The notes under the pieces are model-generated. The model saw nothing but the letters and a program-made list of their open reading frames with translations. It was not told where the DNA came from and searched no databases. Below, one piece after another: positions 22,132 to 34,829 of a DNA stretch of 64,000 nucleotides. This DNA comes from Anthoceros angustus (taxonomy: Eukaryota > Plantae > Anthocerotophyta), in the NCBI GenBank assembly GCA_010909165.1, contig VJWM01000107.1, positions 372,001 through 436,000 on the forward strand, written 5' to 3'. The position numbers and the translations under genes were made by a program. Positions within the stretch are counted from its first letter, which is position 1; every line of letters starts with the position of its first letter.

Positions 22132-25021
22132 TCAAGGAACCACGCTTGAATCGTGTCGAAGCTGTGACGTAACCTGATGCTTGGGTAAAAACTGACTGAC
22201 AAATCGAGGTGGGCTGGCAGCAAAAGGAGACGGACGGGCATCTCCTGCTTTAGGTGACGCCGAGCCAGTCCCCGTTGATGCAGCGCCAATGGTTGGGGAC
22301 GATGGACGTTTTGCAATTTGCCGAAGACTGGTTGACCGATTAGAAGGTGAACCAGGAGCGGCCTTCCCACCCGAAGGTTGCAAGTTCACTCGGATCCTGG
22401 CATTACGTAACAAAACCTTTTCAGCGCACCCTTCAGATAGATGTCATAACGCAACACTAGCCACAAATAATTAAAGAATTCGATAATGAATCCTCCAAAC
22501 CCATCTATCCCTGACCTCTCATGGACGTCTATGTACACGTCCGTCTCATCCAAAATCTCTTCCTGCATAAACGCACGAGCAATGGTATGGTTAGTCCATC
22601 TGGTGGACTTCGCGAACAGGCCAATTAAAGGCAAACTGCTACCCAATGGCAACGCGCTGTCTATGAATAACTTTTCTCTCCAACAATTTTGGCCTGATTT
22701 GATACAAGGGAGGACTCTGAATGTGTACCTGGAGGAGCTCCTCAATGACGTCTTCCATGGTGATGATTCCAACTACTTCTTCATCAGTTGGAAAGCTGGG
22801 AACTTCCTCTGCCTGCAACTCTAAAACATTGCCAGACCTAACCTGTGACCATCTCTTAGTTCTCTCCAGCGAAGTGAGGCCATTCTCCCTTAGACCTTGG
22901 CCAAGAGAGGGAGACTGATTATCGCCTTCATCATTCACAGATCTTGTATAGATTGTCCCACTGTTCTCTGTTCGTTCGGGAGTGGCCGAGTCATGTTCAG
23001 GAATTGGACCCCCAGACACCTTATGGGGACCTGTAGCTGTACACAAGATTGCAGATCAAAAGCATCAGTCCAGACCGAGTCATGCCAAAGCCTGCAAATA
23101 CAGAGACTCCAATTCTGCGCATTTCATGTAGCAGACAAAAGAATATTCGACCAGAGAGCGTGGTAGGAAACAGCTACAAACATGCAGAGTCTGTGTGTTT
23201 CCCCTTTTGCAATTTAGAACTGAGCCTCTTGAGACCCTTGCCAGTACTCTCTGCTTTCTGTAAGTCACGCCTCACTACAGCAGCCATGTGACTATGCCCT
23301 TTCTGAAATTCGTTCAGGATGTCATACAAAGGCATGTTCTCCGGAACCCTAAAACGCAGCACCAGAAGGCCTGGTCAGATACAATACAGAGAGAGCAACA
23401 ATCACAACAAACCAGCCTTAGCTTGACAGGCTGTCCAGTAAAGCATAAAATGGAATCGATGTCTCTAGACCCACATCATTCACAGCGAAGTTACTTATCA
23501 CTAGCCTCCTCCACTGAATATACCTTGGTATTTTTCTGATTGTCAACTGTCTCACAGGAGTCTCGTCTTCTGGACGCACTGTGAGCAGATTCTTCACCTG
23601 AAATAGAGATTGCAAATTTAGGCTAACTGGTCGCAAAAACATTCCCTGGGTTTTAGGGCCATTCTGCCTGAGACCCAAAAGAAAAGAGACGCAGGTTGTG
23701 TGTCAAAGGTGACAAACCAGAATGAGACCAATGATGTTTGTGGGCTGGCCGGCATAAACAGGCAGCCGGCTGTGGCCTCTGCTCATGACCAGGTTCATGG
23801 TATCCCTGAAAGGAACGACCATAACTGTTAAGGCGTATGTTTCAAATCTTTCACAATAGATCACCACTACCAAGAGATGAAAAAAGGCTGTACAGATCAA
23901 GTTTGGCGTTGATGTCAATTGCAAAAGCTGAGGATATGGGAGTCATGGCTTGAGCAGCTGTCTTTTCAGTCATCTCGAGTGCTCCTGCTATAATTGTTGT
24001 TTCATCATGAGTCAGCTCTCCACCCTTTCCAGCCTGCACATCAGGCAAGATTTTTGGCAGATATGAGACTCTCCAGCCTTGCAAAGAAGAGTTTAGGTTG
24101 TACAGCTCAAGATTCTTTACCTCGTTACCGTGCATGTTCACAAGAGTTTTGAGCTCAGCCCTGCGAAAGAGGGCAACATGACCTTTACCGAGAATTGAAT
24201 CAAGAATCTGCAAAGATAAAAAGCTCATCTCAGTGAAAAACCTTACATTGTGCTATGGAACCCATACAAAATACTTAGACAGAAACTTTGAGATGAATCC
24301 ATCGGAATGGAGGATACCTTGCTGATGGGATAGGAAACTGGGAAGAACACCCACACAAGGAGACGTACTACAGGTGCCATTGCTGCTCCCACGGCCAAAC
24401 CGTACCTAGAACAAACTGCTTGTGGAATAATCTGCCACAAACAGTAAGAGGGAACATTAAAAGTCAATCCCTCAACAGAAGCGTGCTGAGCAACTCACTA
24501 TCCCAACAAAAATGCAAAACATTCACCTCTCCGAACATAAGAATGAGAGTGACAGATATCAAGATAGCTCCCCAAGCATTCACTAAGGAATCCAGAAATA
24601 TCGGAAGTGCCTGCAACAGCGGTACAACGTTAATCACCATGCAACACGGAAATCATTCTCCTGAAAAACCAGCCAACCTTCTACCTCCATTGCTAGAGCA
24701 TTGCCGATCAGAAGAGTACAAAGCAGCAGGTGCTGGTTCTTCACCACCGGTAATATTTTCTCTGTGCAAACCAAAAGCTTAAGACTACCAAACCGCGCAC
24801 CGAGCCACGAATCTCGTCCAAGGAACGCATCACGTATCGCGAGAGGTACCTGCGTGCTTCTTATCCTCCGGTGTGCCAGACTTTATGAGCACCTCCAAGT
24901 CCACTAACCCCAGCGACATGAGCCCCAAAGTTAGGCCGGACATCAAGCCGGCAAACAGCACCAGCCCGAGAATAATGAGCAGGTACAGCCAGAATGTTCC
25001 ATCGCAGCAGTGCTGAGTCAT
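22132..25021 (-). CDS. DUF21 / CBS-domain (CNNM-like) membrane protein, multi-exon
   Basis: Exons read [10 protein letters not shown]...[108 protein letters not shown]. The 3' end is approximate. Confidence 0.92.
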
Positions 25022-28000
25022 GATTGATCACACCGCCTTAATGCAACCAGCACCCGCGCTGTCCAAAATTCGCACAACTGCCAGGCAGGCGGATCCACTC
25101 CAAGTAGCTTCCTTTCAGATGCAATGACTAGCTTGCTGCAATTGTCGGTCGTCACCTCCGGAGAGCCTCCTTACCGCAGACGTTATAAAATTGTGGATGA
25201 TATAGGAGGCCAGGCACTCGCGGCAGACGAGCAATCGGAGGCCAGGCTTGCTCTTACGCCTCCCAGGTGCGAGTGCACCGGACTAAAACAGAATTGCTCC
25301 ATCACTGGCATGGACGATGCGCACACATATGGTCATATGCGCACAAAATTCACGTTGCGGCACAGCACGGACCCTTGGCCGCAGCCGGTCTCCGGAAATA
25401 TGAGCTCGAGGGAGCTTGGCTTCTTGGAGCACCAGGCCCAATTGGGAAAGTTCAAAACTCCCTGGACGAACGCGCACAAGTAGTATCCCGGCCCCGGGTG
25501 CTGGTATGACGGTGAGGCGCGATCCAAGGCAGGTGGCTTGTAAGCCAGAAGAGGACACTTATCAGACGACGCCGCAAATATCGTGGACACGCGGCTGGAA
25601 AAAAGCATTTCTTTATGACAAACCGCGACGCTATGCATGTGGCCGTGTGGTTGATAGGAATAGGGATCTGGGACTGGGGACTTTTTGTATGAACAGGCCA
25701 GGCCGCCAGCACTAAAGCGACTCCCACTTGGCAGCCAACACCGCGAAATTCATCTTGTAGGGATCGTAATCTGTGGGTTTGCCACATCCCGAGTCCCCCC
25801 AATAAAGTGTTGTATTTGATGAGATTGCGGGTAGGTACCTAATATTAGCATGCGTAATTGCTTATGCATTTTAATGAATATATACATTAAAAAAAAGATA
25901 TGAAAATGGGACGGGGAGCGTGACAGGTGTTGTGGCGGCGCCCAGCATCTTGCATTGTGCGTGGCGAATGAAGAAAGAACGTTGGCACGCAGTGGAGTTG
26001 CGTGCCTTGCGCCGCGAGGACAGGAATCTCAGCGTGGAGCTGATCCATACAATGCGCCACAGTGCAACAGAGATAGATACTGCGGAAAACAGCTTTAACG
26101 TTTTTTATTCAGGAGGGACCTGGATGCTCGGAATCGAGTTTCCGAGCGACACATGCGGGCAGCTTTCTCGTGCGAGGTGCAGGTGGAAGCTTCGACGATC
26201 ACGCTTCCTTTCCCGTACTCTGTATCCTGTGCAGCATCGACGGGCATGAGCTATGAGGAGGGACCACTAGGCCTGGCAGGAGGGGTATCAGGAACATACC
26301 CTTTGGAACAAATGAGGATCGCACGCCAAATGCCTGGAACAAGTGGGGATGTGAGAGAGACAAGTGGATTATGTACCGAAAAAGATCTAGGGTATGGAAT
26401 TGGATACCTTGGCAATCCCGCTGTCAGCCTTGCTATGGCCGCCCGGTCGCCCTGCGGCATCGGGTCATTTAGGGGTGCCTCGGAACGGTCAGAGAGTTGT
26501 AACTTGCTGCCATGGTCAGCATCTTGGGAGAAAAGGAAACCTTGTCTGTTTTTCTGGTGTGGGAAGGTTGGCACCTTTCCCTGTCCATTGTGATATCGTG
26601 ATTGAAATGCTGTTCCAGCAGGTGCCACATCCCAGCGGCTGGTTTTCTGCAAGGGTTTTGAACTTAGGCCACATGAGATACAGAAAGCAAGAGGGATAGA
26701 AAGGGGTGAGGATGATGTATGTGACGAGTTGTGTCTTGTGTGTCCGGGTGATTTCTAGTTCAGACGATCCAGCGAGCAATGATGGGTTCGTTTGGGACGG
26801 CAGCCTGCAGCAAACAAACACACCATGGACGTTGGACACTGTCATTGATGAAGAAAGGCCAAGGGAGCCGGAAAACCTGATAGAAAAAGACTGATACACA
26901 CCAGCTTGAATCTATCGTTGTTGTAGCTTTCCGTCTTTGAGTTCCAGACCAGGCATCTACGCCATGTCCGGAGCATCAGAGTTGCAGAAACAATGGAGGC
27001 GTCGTATGTCCAGCAAACACAGGCAAGGGTAAAGGAACAAACCTCTTGACCGATGTCCCCATGCCTTGAATCTTTCCAGCCTTTGGGCAAAGATGCGTCG
27101 TGTCGAATCAGCGCTTCCTAACTTGAGATAAATATCTCTCAAACAACAGATACCGACCGTTGCGTGACAGCTGCTCTGCGCATAAACTTCAGTGTCTGGC
27201 GAGCTTGCCCGTCAGCCCAACCAGCCTCGGTAAGCGATGCTGCGACGACGGCGCTCCAGACTCCATGATCCCGTCCACAGGCTTCAGCATATCCCTCATC
27301 GCTTTTGGATCAAGTGCCTGAAAATCATGTAGGCAGCCCAATGGCTTCAGATTCCACATCCCCTCTTACCAACGAATCCACCTGTTGCATTTCCACAACC
27401 CCGAACCTGCCTATGCTTTCCACTGCCAACGTATGCAGGCCCAACTGCGCTGAGCTCGTGCAGTTGGCATGGTACCAGGACAGCCACAACCACCATGCTT
27501 TCAAGCCCCCACATCCCTCCTTTGGAAGTAAGCTTGCCACCACTGCCATGGTACAAGTGAAGTACCAAGTCCCATGACGGAAATCCGTCCTTAGTGGAAC
27601 TTCGTCATCTTCTTCACTGTGTTCAAGCGGACCTGACAGAATTTGCATTCAACTTGCGGCATGGCGAATGGAGCTATTGGCGTCTGAGAATTTCTAGAAA
27701 GGACGGAGATCGACCTCGCGACGGGCCTCTCGGAAAGCTCAGCGCTGACCACCAAGCCCGTCCCGTAGAAGTAGGACATTTATTTTCTACATTGAAATAT
27801 GCGCGACAAATTCTTGCGAATGAGGAGTGAGGACAAAGTTTCCGCATTTACCTGTACATATGTACATAGCTAGACGTGTAGACGTGATGGCGTGTTGAAG
27901 CATGGGCCGGTGAATGTGGATCGAATTGCTTGGCAATTCCAAGCGTCTGAATGTGGTGCGCAGGGGAAGGGGAACTGTAGTGCTTATCCAGCCAGCTCTC

Positions 28001-28112
28001 GCTCTGGTACTCTTTGGCGAAACTTGCTTGGCAAGCGCCGGCGAAGGGATGAGGTGAAGTTGCAGGCAGGCCATGGGGGAATCATAGCATTGGGAACCTG
28101 CCGCCAGTGGGG

Positions 28113-31100
28113 ATGATGCAACACAGCAAAGGCCGTCAGGTACGCTTCCTTGTCTTGAATCTGAGTGCTGGTGGACGTGGATGGCAAGCTGTGATTGAGG
28201 ATCACAATTCTGCGAATTGTGGCTGGCTGTGAGGGTGCTGTGGATTTCCTCCCTGCTTCATCTGTGCGCAATTCCTTCTCGGGGGCTTACGGGTTGTCTT
28301 ATTTGGTGATCTGCGTGAGTTCCAATGAGCCGTGCTTTTGCTGTGCCCTTGATTGCCATCTAAGGTTTTGGGTTGTGATTGACAGGTATCTCTCAGAGGT
28401 GCCAGCGCCAGGGAGGTGACCAGAGATGTGTTGCTGGAGAAGGTTGCTCAGGAGAGGGCGTCTCGAGGACATGCTAAGAAGGTTGCTGCCTCTGCCCTAT
28501 TAATACAGGTATGTGGTTGCTGAGCTGCGGCCGTGATGAGAAGCAGCAGATCGGTGCAGGTGGAGTGTCATGAATGTGAAGTGGATCCCTTTTTTCGAAT
28601 GCAGCGTGTCTGGAGAAGCTGCAATGTTGCTCGTAAGGTAGCGGATGAGGCACGGACGGACTGGGATGCTAAGGTTCTTCAGCACTCAGAAAATTGTTCC
28701 TTGTTCAGTGCTAAGGAAGTGTCGGATCGTGTTGTCCGCCCTGTCCTCTTCTTCATCGGCCAGTCGTCTTGTGGAGCACGAAGCACAGATGTTGAGGATT
28801 CTCTTCGATTGGCGACGTGCTTTGGGATTCTTCTCCAAAGTATCAATTGCTCAGGTAGGGCGCCTACTTTGCTTTTAACTTGGATTGTTGTTGGCGTTGG
28901 GGAGCTTAGGATTGACGGTGTGGGTGTTTGGCAGACCCGCAGCACAATTATTGTGTTCTTGCCACAGGCTCCCGAGAAGATCAGAGCATATGGCTGCATC
29001 AAGTTCGGAAGCTTTTGAGTCTTTGCTGTGCTATCTTGTCTAAAAGCAACTATGTGTCTCCACACCTGGAAGGGGCTGCAACTTCTTTGCCGGCTCTGTC
29101 AGTGCGGTTGTTAGTAGCACTCACGGACACCAGTACATGGAAATTTCTTCAACCTGGGTTGAAGGATAGCAGGACGAAAGCTGATCAAGTGGTGCTAGGC
29201 CTTTTGGAATGGTTGGCGGAAGGAAATGCTGGGCTGTACCAAGCTGTACGGACATACTTGTTGACAAACTATGCAGCTTCAGGGAAGAACTCTGAGCAGA
29301 ATGGATCCCCAGTAAAGGAAAAATTTATCATCACAGCCAGTGCCATAACCTTGGCACTGCGTCCTCTAATTGTTCTTTCTGTAGCTAGTACTGAATGTCA
29401 AGCTTACGCTGCTGACCAGTTAAAGGACTACCGAGCTGCAGCGGCCAGAGCAGCAGCGCAATTCTGTCTGCATATTTTAACAATACCCTTCTTAACACAG
29501 CGCCTTCCTGCTCCTCTTGTACCTGCACTTCAGCATTCTACTGCTTTGGGCCCATGTCTACGGTCCTTTGGGGTACTAGTCTTGCTCTTTGGGTTCATGG
29601 CCTGGCTGCTATGAAATCTTGTTCTTGTACATAAGTTTTGGGGGCATCTTCGGATTCAGGTAACTGTATGCTGTGTTTTTTTTCCAGGTGCCTATCAAGG
29701 GTCTTTTGAAAATAGCTTTCTCAGCTGCACCCCCCTCTTCAACAGCCGAAGTTCCCTTACAAACTGATCCAGAGTATGAAGGAATTCCTTGCTCAGCATG
29801 GGCCTTGGCGAATATTGTTAATTTGGCAACTGCAGCAGGACAAAGCTCTAGCAAAAGCAAAGACTTCGAGGGGCAGTTTGTGAAAGGCTTAAGCTGCGAG
29901 GAGTATGTTCAAGCTCTTTGTTGTCTACTAGATGACTTGACGCCTTGGGTGGATAGTCAAACCCGCAGAGATGCAGATTACGATATCTCTGACATTGGCA
30001 ATCATGAGGATGGTATCGAAAGCAACGGCAATCATATTGTTACGCTGTTGGTGGAATTGTTGAAACCAATGCATCAGCATTGGCACCTGATGGAGTTACT
30101 GAATGTAGCATCAAATAAGGTTGTCACCCAAGGTGCAAACATGAGAAAAGTGCTTGGACTTTCTGAGGTGGCCAAGCTTTATTCTAGTCTGTTAACTGTG
30201 TTCTCAGCTTTGAATTCCTTTGGTGGGGCCCTTCCTGTTCTCAACATGTTGGCTTTCACTCAATCATTGTTGCCACAATTCTGGGAGTGGATTTATTCCA
30301 CACTCAATCTTGGAGGTGTCAAGGACGCTGGGGCGAACTTCCATCCTGGTGCGGAGTTGGCCCTGGACACGTCGGCCAGCAAGAAAGCAGTTCCTGACGA
30401 AGAAGAGAAAAGTGTGAAGAGTAACTGGGCGACATCACTAGTGACGAAGATGAAGTTCAAGAGCATCAGTGCTGATGCAAGCACTTCAGTTGCTGAGCCA
30501 GTTCTTGAGCCGAGCCAACAGCCTGGCAGTCAGCAGTGGGATGTACCTGCAATGAAACGAGGACCTGCTGGTGTCCCTGAGAGTGCTGTTCCGGTTCTTG
30601 CACTCTTCTGTGCCGTGTATGCACATCTCCTGATGGTAGTGGATGATGAGGAGTTCTATGAGCGACAGGTATATTGATGACCTTCTGCACCCTTATTGGC
30701 TTCCTGAGCTGTCTGAAGGCTAAAACCCTGTGAAAGCTTTTTCATTCCTGACTCTTTCGTCTGTCCTCTCAAGTTTTGTTGCGTTCTGTCAGTTCTTTAC
30801 CTAGCTTTGACAATGTTGTGATGATTGGCATCAGAAGGTGGAGTTCTAACTGATATCAAAACTCTGAGCAGGTTCCTTTCACTCTAGCGCAGCAGCGGGT
30901 GATCTCTGCCACTCTCAATACAATGGTGTACAATGGGTTTTTCTCAGCTGCAAAGTACAGGCAGTCGTTTCTTATGGATGCAGCTGTGAGATGTTTACGC
31001 TCACTGTACGAACGGGATTGTCGACGAAGTTTCTGTCATCCATCATTATGGCTTGCTCCAGCAGCAACCACACATCTTGCCACGGCAGCAGCAGCAAGAG

Positions 31101-33196
31101 CTCATGAAGTTGCAGTAGCCTCAGGAAAAAATGGAGAAGTATCGCAAGCTCCTGCAGTGGGTGCTGTGCTGACTACAATTCCTCATGTTCTGCCCTTTGA
31201 TGAAAGGTGGTTCTTGTTGGCCATATTTATCTTTTTTGTGCCACTTTTTTTATTGGACTATATTCCATTTACCTTCAAACATTTACCCATTTTCTGTCAA
31301 TGTAGGGTACGGATATTTCGGGAGTTTGTAAGGGCAGACAAGATGCTCAAGAGGATTGGGGGTGATGCACTTGGACCAGGTCGAGGAACCATCGAGATAG
31401 CTCTTAGACGGAACCACATTGTAGAGGATGGTTTTGCCCAACTGAATCCTTTGGGATCAAAACTCAAATGCTGTGTGAATGTATCATTTGTGAATGAGCA
31501 TGGACTTGCGGAAGCGGGTCTTGACTACGGAGGTCTTTTCAAGGAATTTCTCACAGATCTTTCAAAGGCCGCATTCGATCCAGGGTACTCTCTCACCCAA
31601 ACTTGCATAAGCTTTGCAAGGAGATTGATTGGTCTGAGATGCTGCTGTACATGCTTCCTGAGATCGGAGGCACTTGAGTGAGTCCTCTTGAGGATCATCT
31701 CCTGATTCATCGTCTTGCAGGTATGGTTTGTTCATGCAGACAGATACAGATGAGGGACTGCTATATCCACATCCAGCAGCAGCCAGTCTAGGGCATGGTC
31801 TTCAGATGATTGAGTTTCTGGGGCGAATAGTCGGTAAAGCTTTGTACGAGGGCATTCTGCTGGAATACTCGTTTTCAACTCTGTTTGTCTCGAAACTGCT
31901 TCAGCGATGTAGCTTTCTCGATGAGCTCTCAAGCCTTGATGCTGAGCTTCATCGAAATCTTATGTACCTCAAGGTGTGTTATTGTGTTGACTGGTTTGTT
32001 GTTGCCTGCGGCCTTGGTGTTCTACTAAAATGCAGTGGATCCAATGACAGCATTACGAGGGTGATGCAAGGGATCTGGCCTTGGATTTCACTGTCACTGA
32101 AGAGCTATTTGGGAAACGCACTGTTGTGGAACTCAGACCAGGTGGTGCAGATGTGGCAGTCACCAACGAGAATAAGCTACAGTATGTGCATGCAGTTGCA
32201 TTCTATAAGCTCAACAGGCAGGTGCGATGTGAATTTTTTGGGTCCTTCACTTGGTAGCTTGCACGTCATGGAGAGCAGAAGTAGGACTGAAGCAGCTTGT
32301 TTTGCAGATGAAGCCAATCATGGATGCTTTTTCTAGAGGGTTGTCAGACCTGATCGCACCTTCTTGGCTAGGGCTCTTCAATGCAAAGGAGTTCAATCAG
32401 GTTCAAGTCTGCGAAGTGCATTGATGATGTTAGAGTGTCAGACCAGCAGATTTTGCCTAGAGGACGCTTTTCTTGCTCCATAATCTGAACTCTAAAATAG
32501 CTCTTGTCAGGTGGAGAAAATGACTTTGATGTTGATGACCTAAGGGCCAACACCCGATACTCGGGAGGTTACAAGGAAACCAGTGACACCGTGCGCATGT
32601 TCTGGAAGGTTGTTTTGCTGGTTCGCTCGATCCACATATGCAGTGGGCACCTGGTTATTGTCACAGGCCAGTGGTAACTCGTTCTTCTGTTTGTGCAGGT
32701 AGTTAGTGGCCTCGAACCACAAGAACGCTGTGCGCTTCTCAAATTTGTGACTAGCTGCTCCCGAGCACCTTTGCTCGGATTCAAACATCTCCAGCCCCAG
32801 TTCACCATTCACAAGGTTGTCATGCACTTCGGTTTGTGTTCCTATAAGCAATGAGATGCCTTCCTACTTGGTGTCGGTCGCGGGAGCGGTAATGACCTCT
32901 TTGGCAAATCCAGGTAGTCTGCGACACCCCATTCTGGGCAGTTGTCGGTGGACAGGATGTGGAAAGGCTGCCATCAGCATCCACATGCTACAACACGTTA
33001 AAGGTGTGTCCGTGCTTCGTAACCCTCCACATGTTGAACGTCATAACATCATCGTTTTCAATTCCTTCTCGAACGAGGCACTCATCTTTCCTCCCGTGGT
33101 ATGCTGTGGCAGCTTCCAACGTACAGACGTGCTAGCACACTACGGGAGAAATTACGTTATGCAATTCGAAGCAATGCTGGTTTCGAGCTGTCGTGA
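28113..33196 (+). CDS. UPL7: HECT E3 ubiquitin-protein ligase UPL7-like, multi-exon
   Basis: N-terminus [24 protein letters not shown]...IQRVWRS (IQ motif). HECT region [55 protein letters not shown], and C-terminal [14 protein letters not shown]. Confidence 0.93.
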
Positions 33197-33316
33197 CTCG
33201 TGACACTTACGTATGCTCGGATACACAACCCATCATTCATTGATTACAATAAATTTTATTTTCACTTGGCTTCTGGGCATGGAATGGGCTGGAACACAGC
33301 AAACAGACTGACGGAT

Positions 33317-33853
33317 TCAATTCCAGCAGGAAACAGGTGGTAATTGGAAAAACTCCTCTCCCATCAAAGTTCCCTTGTCTGGTGGTACGTTAGGACAGGC
33401 ATTTGGCTGAGTGAGCGTGAAGTACAAATAACAGTCTGCCAAAAGATAGGATGCCGACGTAACTAATTTACACTCCTCGAACAGTACGTTTCTCAGGACA
33501 GTGAGGCAAGTGCGACATTGCTGAGGTGCTCTCATGGTTCTCCTCGGGTGGTAGCAGGTGGCCACACCCCATAAATTCTGATTGAAAAATGAGACGATGG
33601 CATAGTACGGTAGACCCAAAGGATAATTCAAAACACTTCTGTCCACGAGCTCCTGCACCGCTTTCTGAACGAAATACGTTCTACTGTCCATTTCCTCCAT
33701 ACGCTGCCCACAATTGTGCCAAACCCGCACTACATCCGGGAACGGCAACGGGTCGGGCCACGGTTGACCGACGACAACAGTAGAAATTAGTCTGTGCGCC
33801 ACCAGGATTAACACGGTAATGATATAAACTGGAAGGGCCCTAGAAAACGCCAT
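33317..33853 (-). CDS. Secreted single-domain DUF26/Ginkbilobin-2-like cysteine-rich protein, intronless
   Basis: Hydrophobic N-terminal signal-like segment; GVATC-x12-C-x2-CL...EEC...ASYLLADCYLYF resembles the DUF26 C-x8-C-x2-C...C..R(Y/F) core. Confidence 0.7.
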   Translation of the reverse strand: MAFSRALPVYIITVLILVAHRLISTVVVGQPWPDPLPFPDVVRVWHNCGQRMEEMDSRTYFVQKAVQELVDRSVLNYPLGLPYYAIVSFFNQNLWGVATCYHPRRTMRAPQQCRTCLTVLRNVLFEECKLVTSASYLLADCYLYFTLTQPNACPNVPPDKGTLMGEEFFQLPPVSCWN

Positions 33854-34829
33854 GGCCCAAGTTTCATGCCATCATCTTCGGGCCTGTAGACAACAATGGA
33901 GCCGGCCAGATTAAATAGCATGTAAAATCCTTAGTCGTATTCCACATCTATGTCTATCAAAATAAATTCAATAATCGTCATCTAGGTAGTTTTGAGATGA
34001 CTCATTCTTATAATGTGGTATAAGCTCAAGACCTTTTATTAGGCAGTATGATAGGAGTTTTCACAACTTTTCTTAGTATACACATCTACTCTTCTATTCT
34101 ATAAAAATAAAGTGAATATTTTTATAACAGAAAATACTATTAACATTAGAGTCATATGTATCCTCACAGTCAACAACCTAATATTTATCTTCACAACTAA
34201 GTCAAAGATGAGCTAGATCTAAATCAATGTTAACAGTTATTTTATATTAGATGACCAGTAACATTAATCAAATTCTAAGCTGCTTTAATTCAAATGGAGA
34301 TGAATATGAACATGAACATCAGCAATCATTTAAAGTAGACACGGCCAAAAAAGACATCACTCTAAACTATGCACACGCATCAAGCTCGTAAGCCACCTAA
34401 TTTAAAGACAAGTGTAAAGAACTATATGAATTCTAAAAGAGCCTTCATACTTTACATAATTGATGTTAATAGATATAAAAATAGTTAATTTGAGCATTAG
34501 TTCATCACAATCACATGTCTCTCCAATCACATGTCACATGTATGTAGCATCTCTTATTGAACTCCATTAACAAGGATAAGAAATTACCTTCAACGAATGC
34601 CAGATTTATTCAAACTATATGTATACTGTCATTAAAAAATATAAACAATCTTAAACTTATAAAATATGTTTTTATAAATAATAAAAATAATGATCTCTCT
34701 ATAAATTTTTAAATAATAAAAAATATTTAAAAGAATCAAGTACGTATTCAAAACGGTAGGTAAACTTAAATTTTTTATTCCTATTTCATCACAGCTTTTA
34801 ATTGTCTTCTTTTGCTTTTGCCCCGGTGG

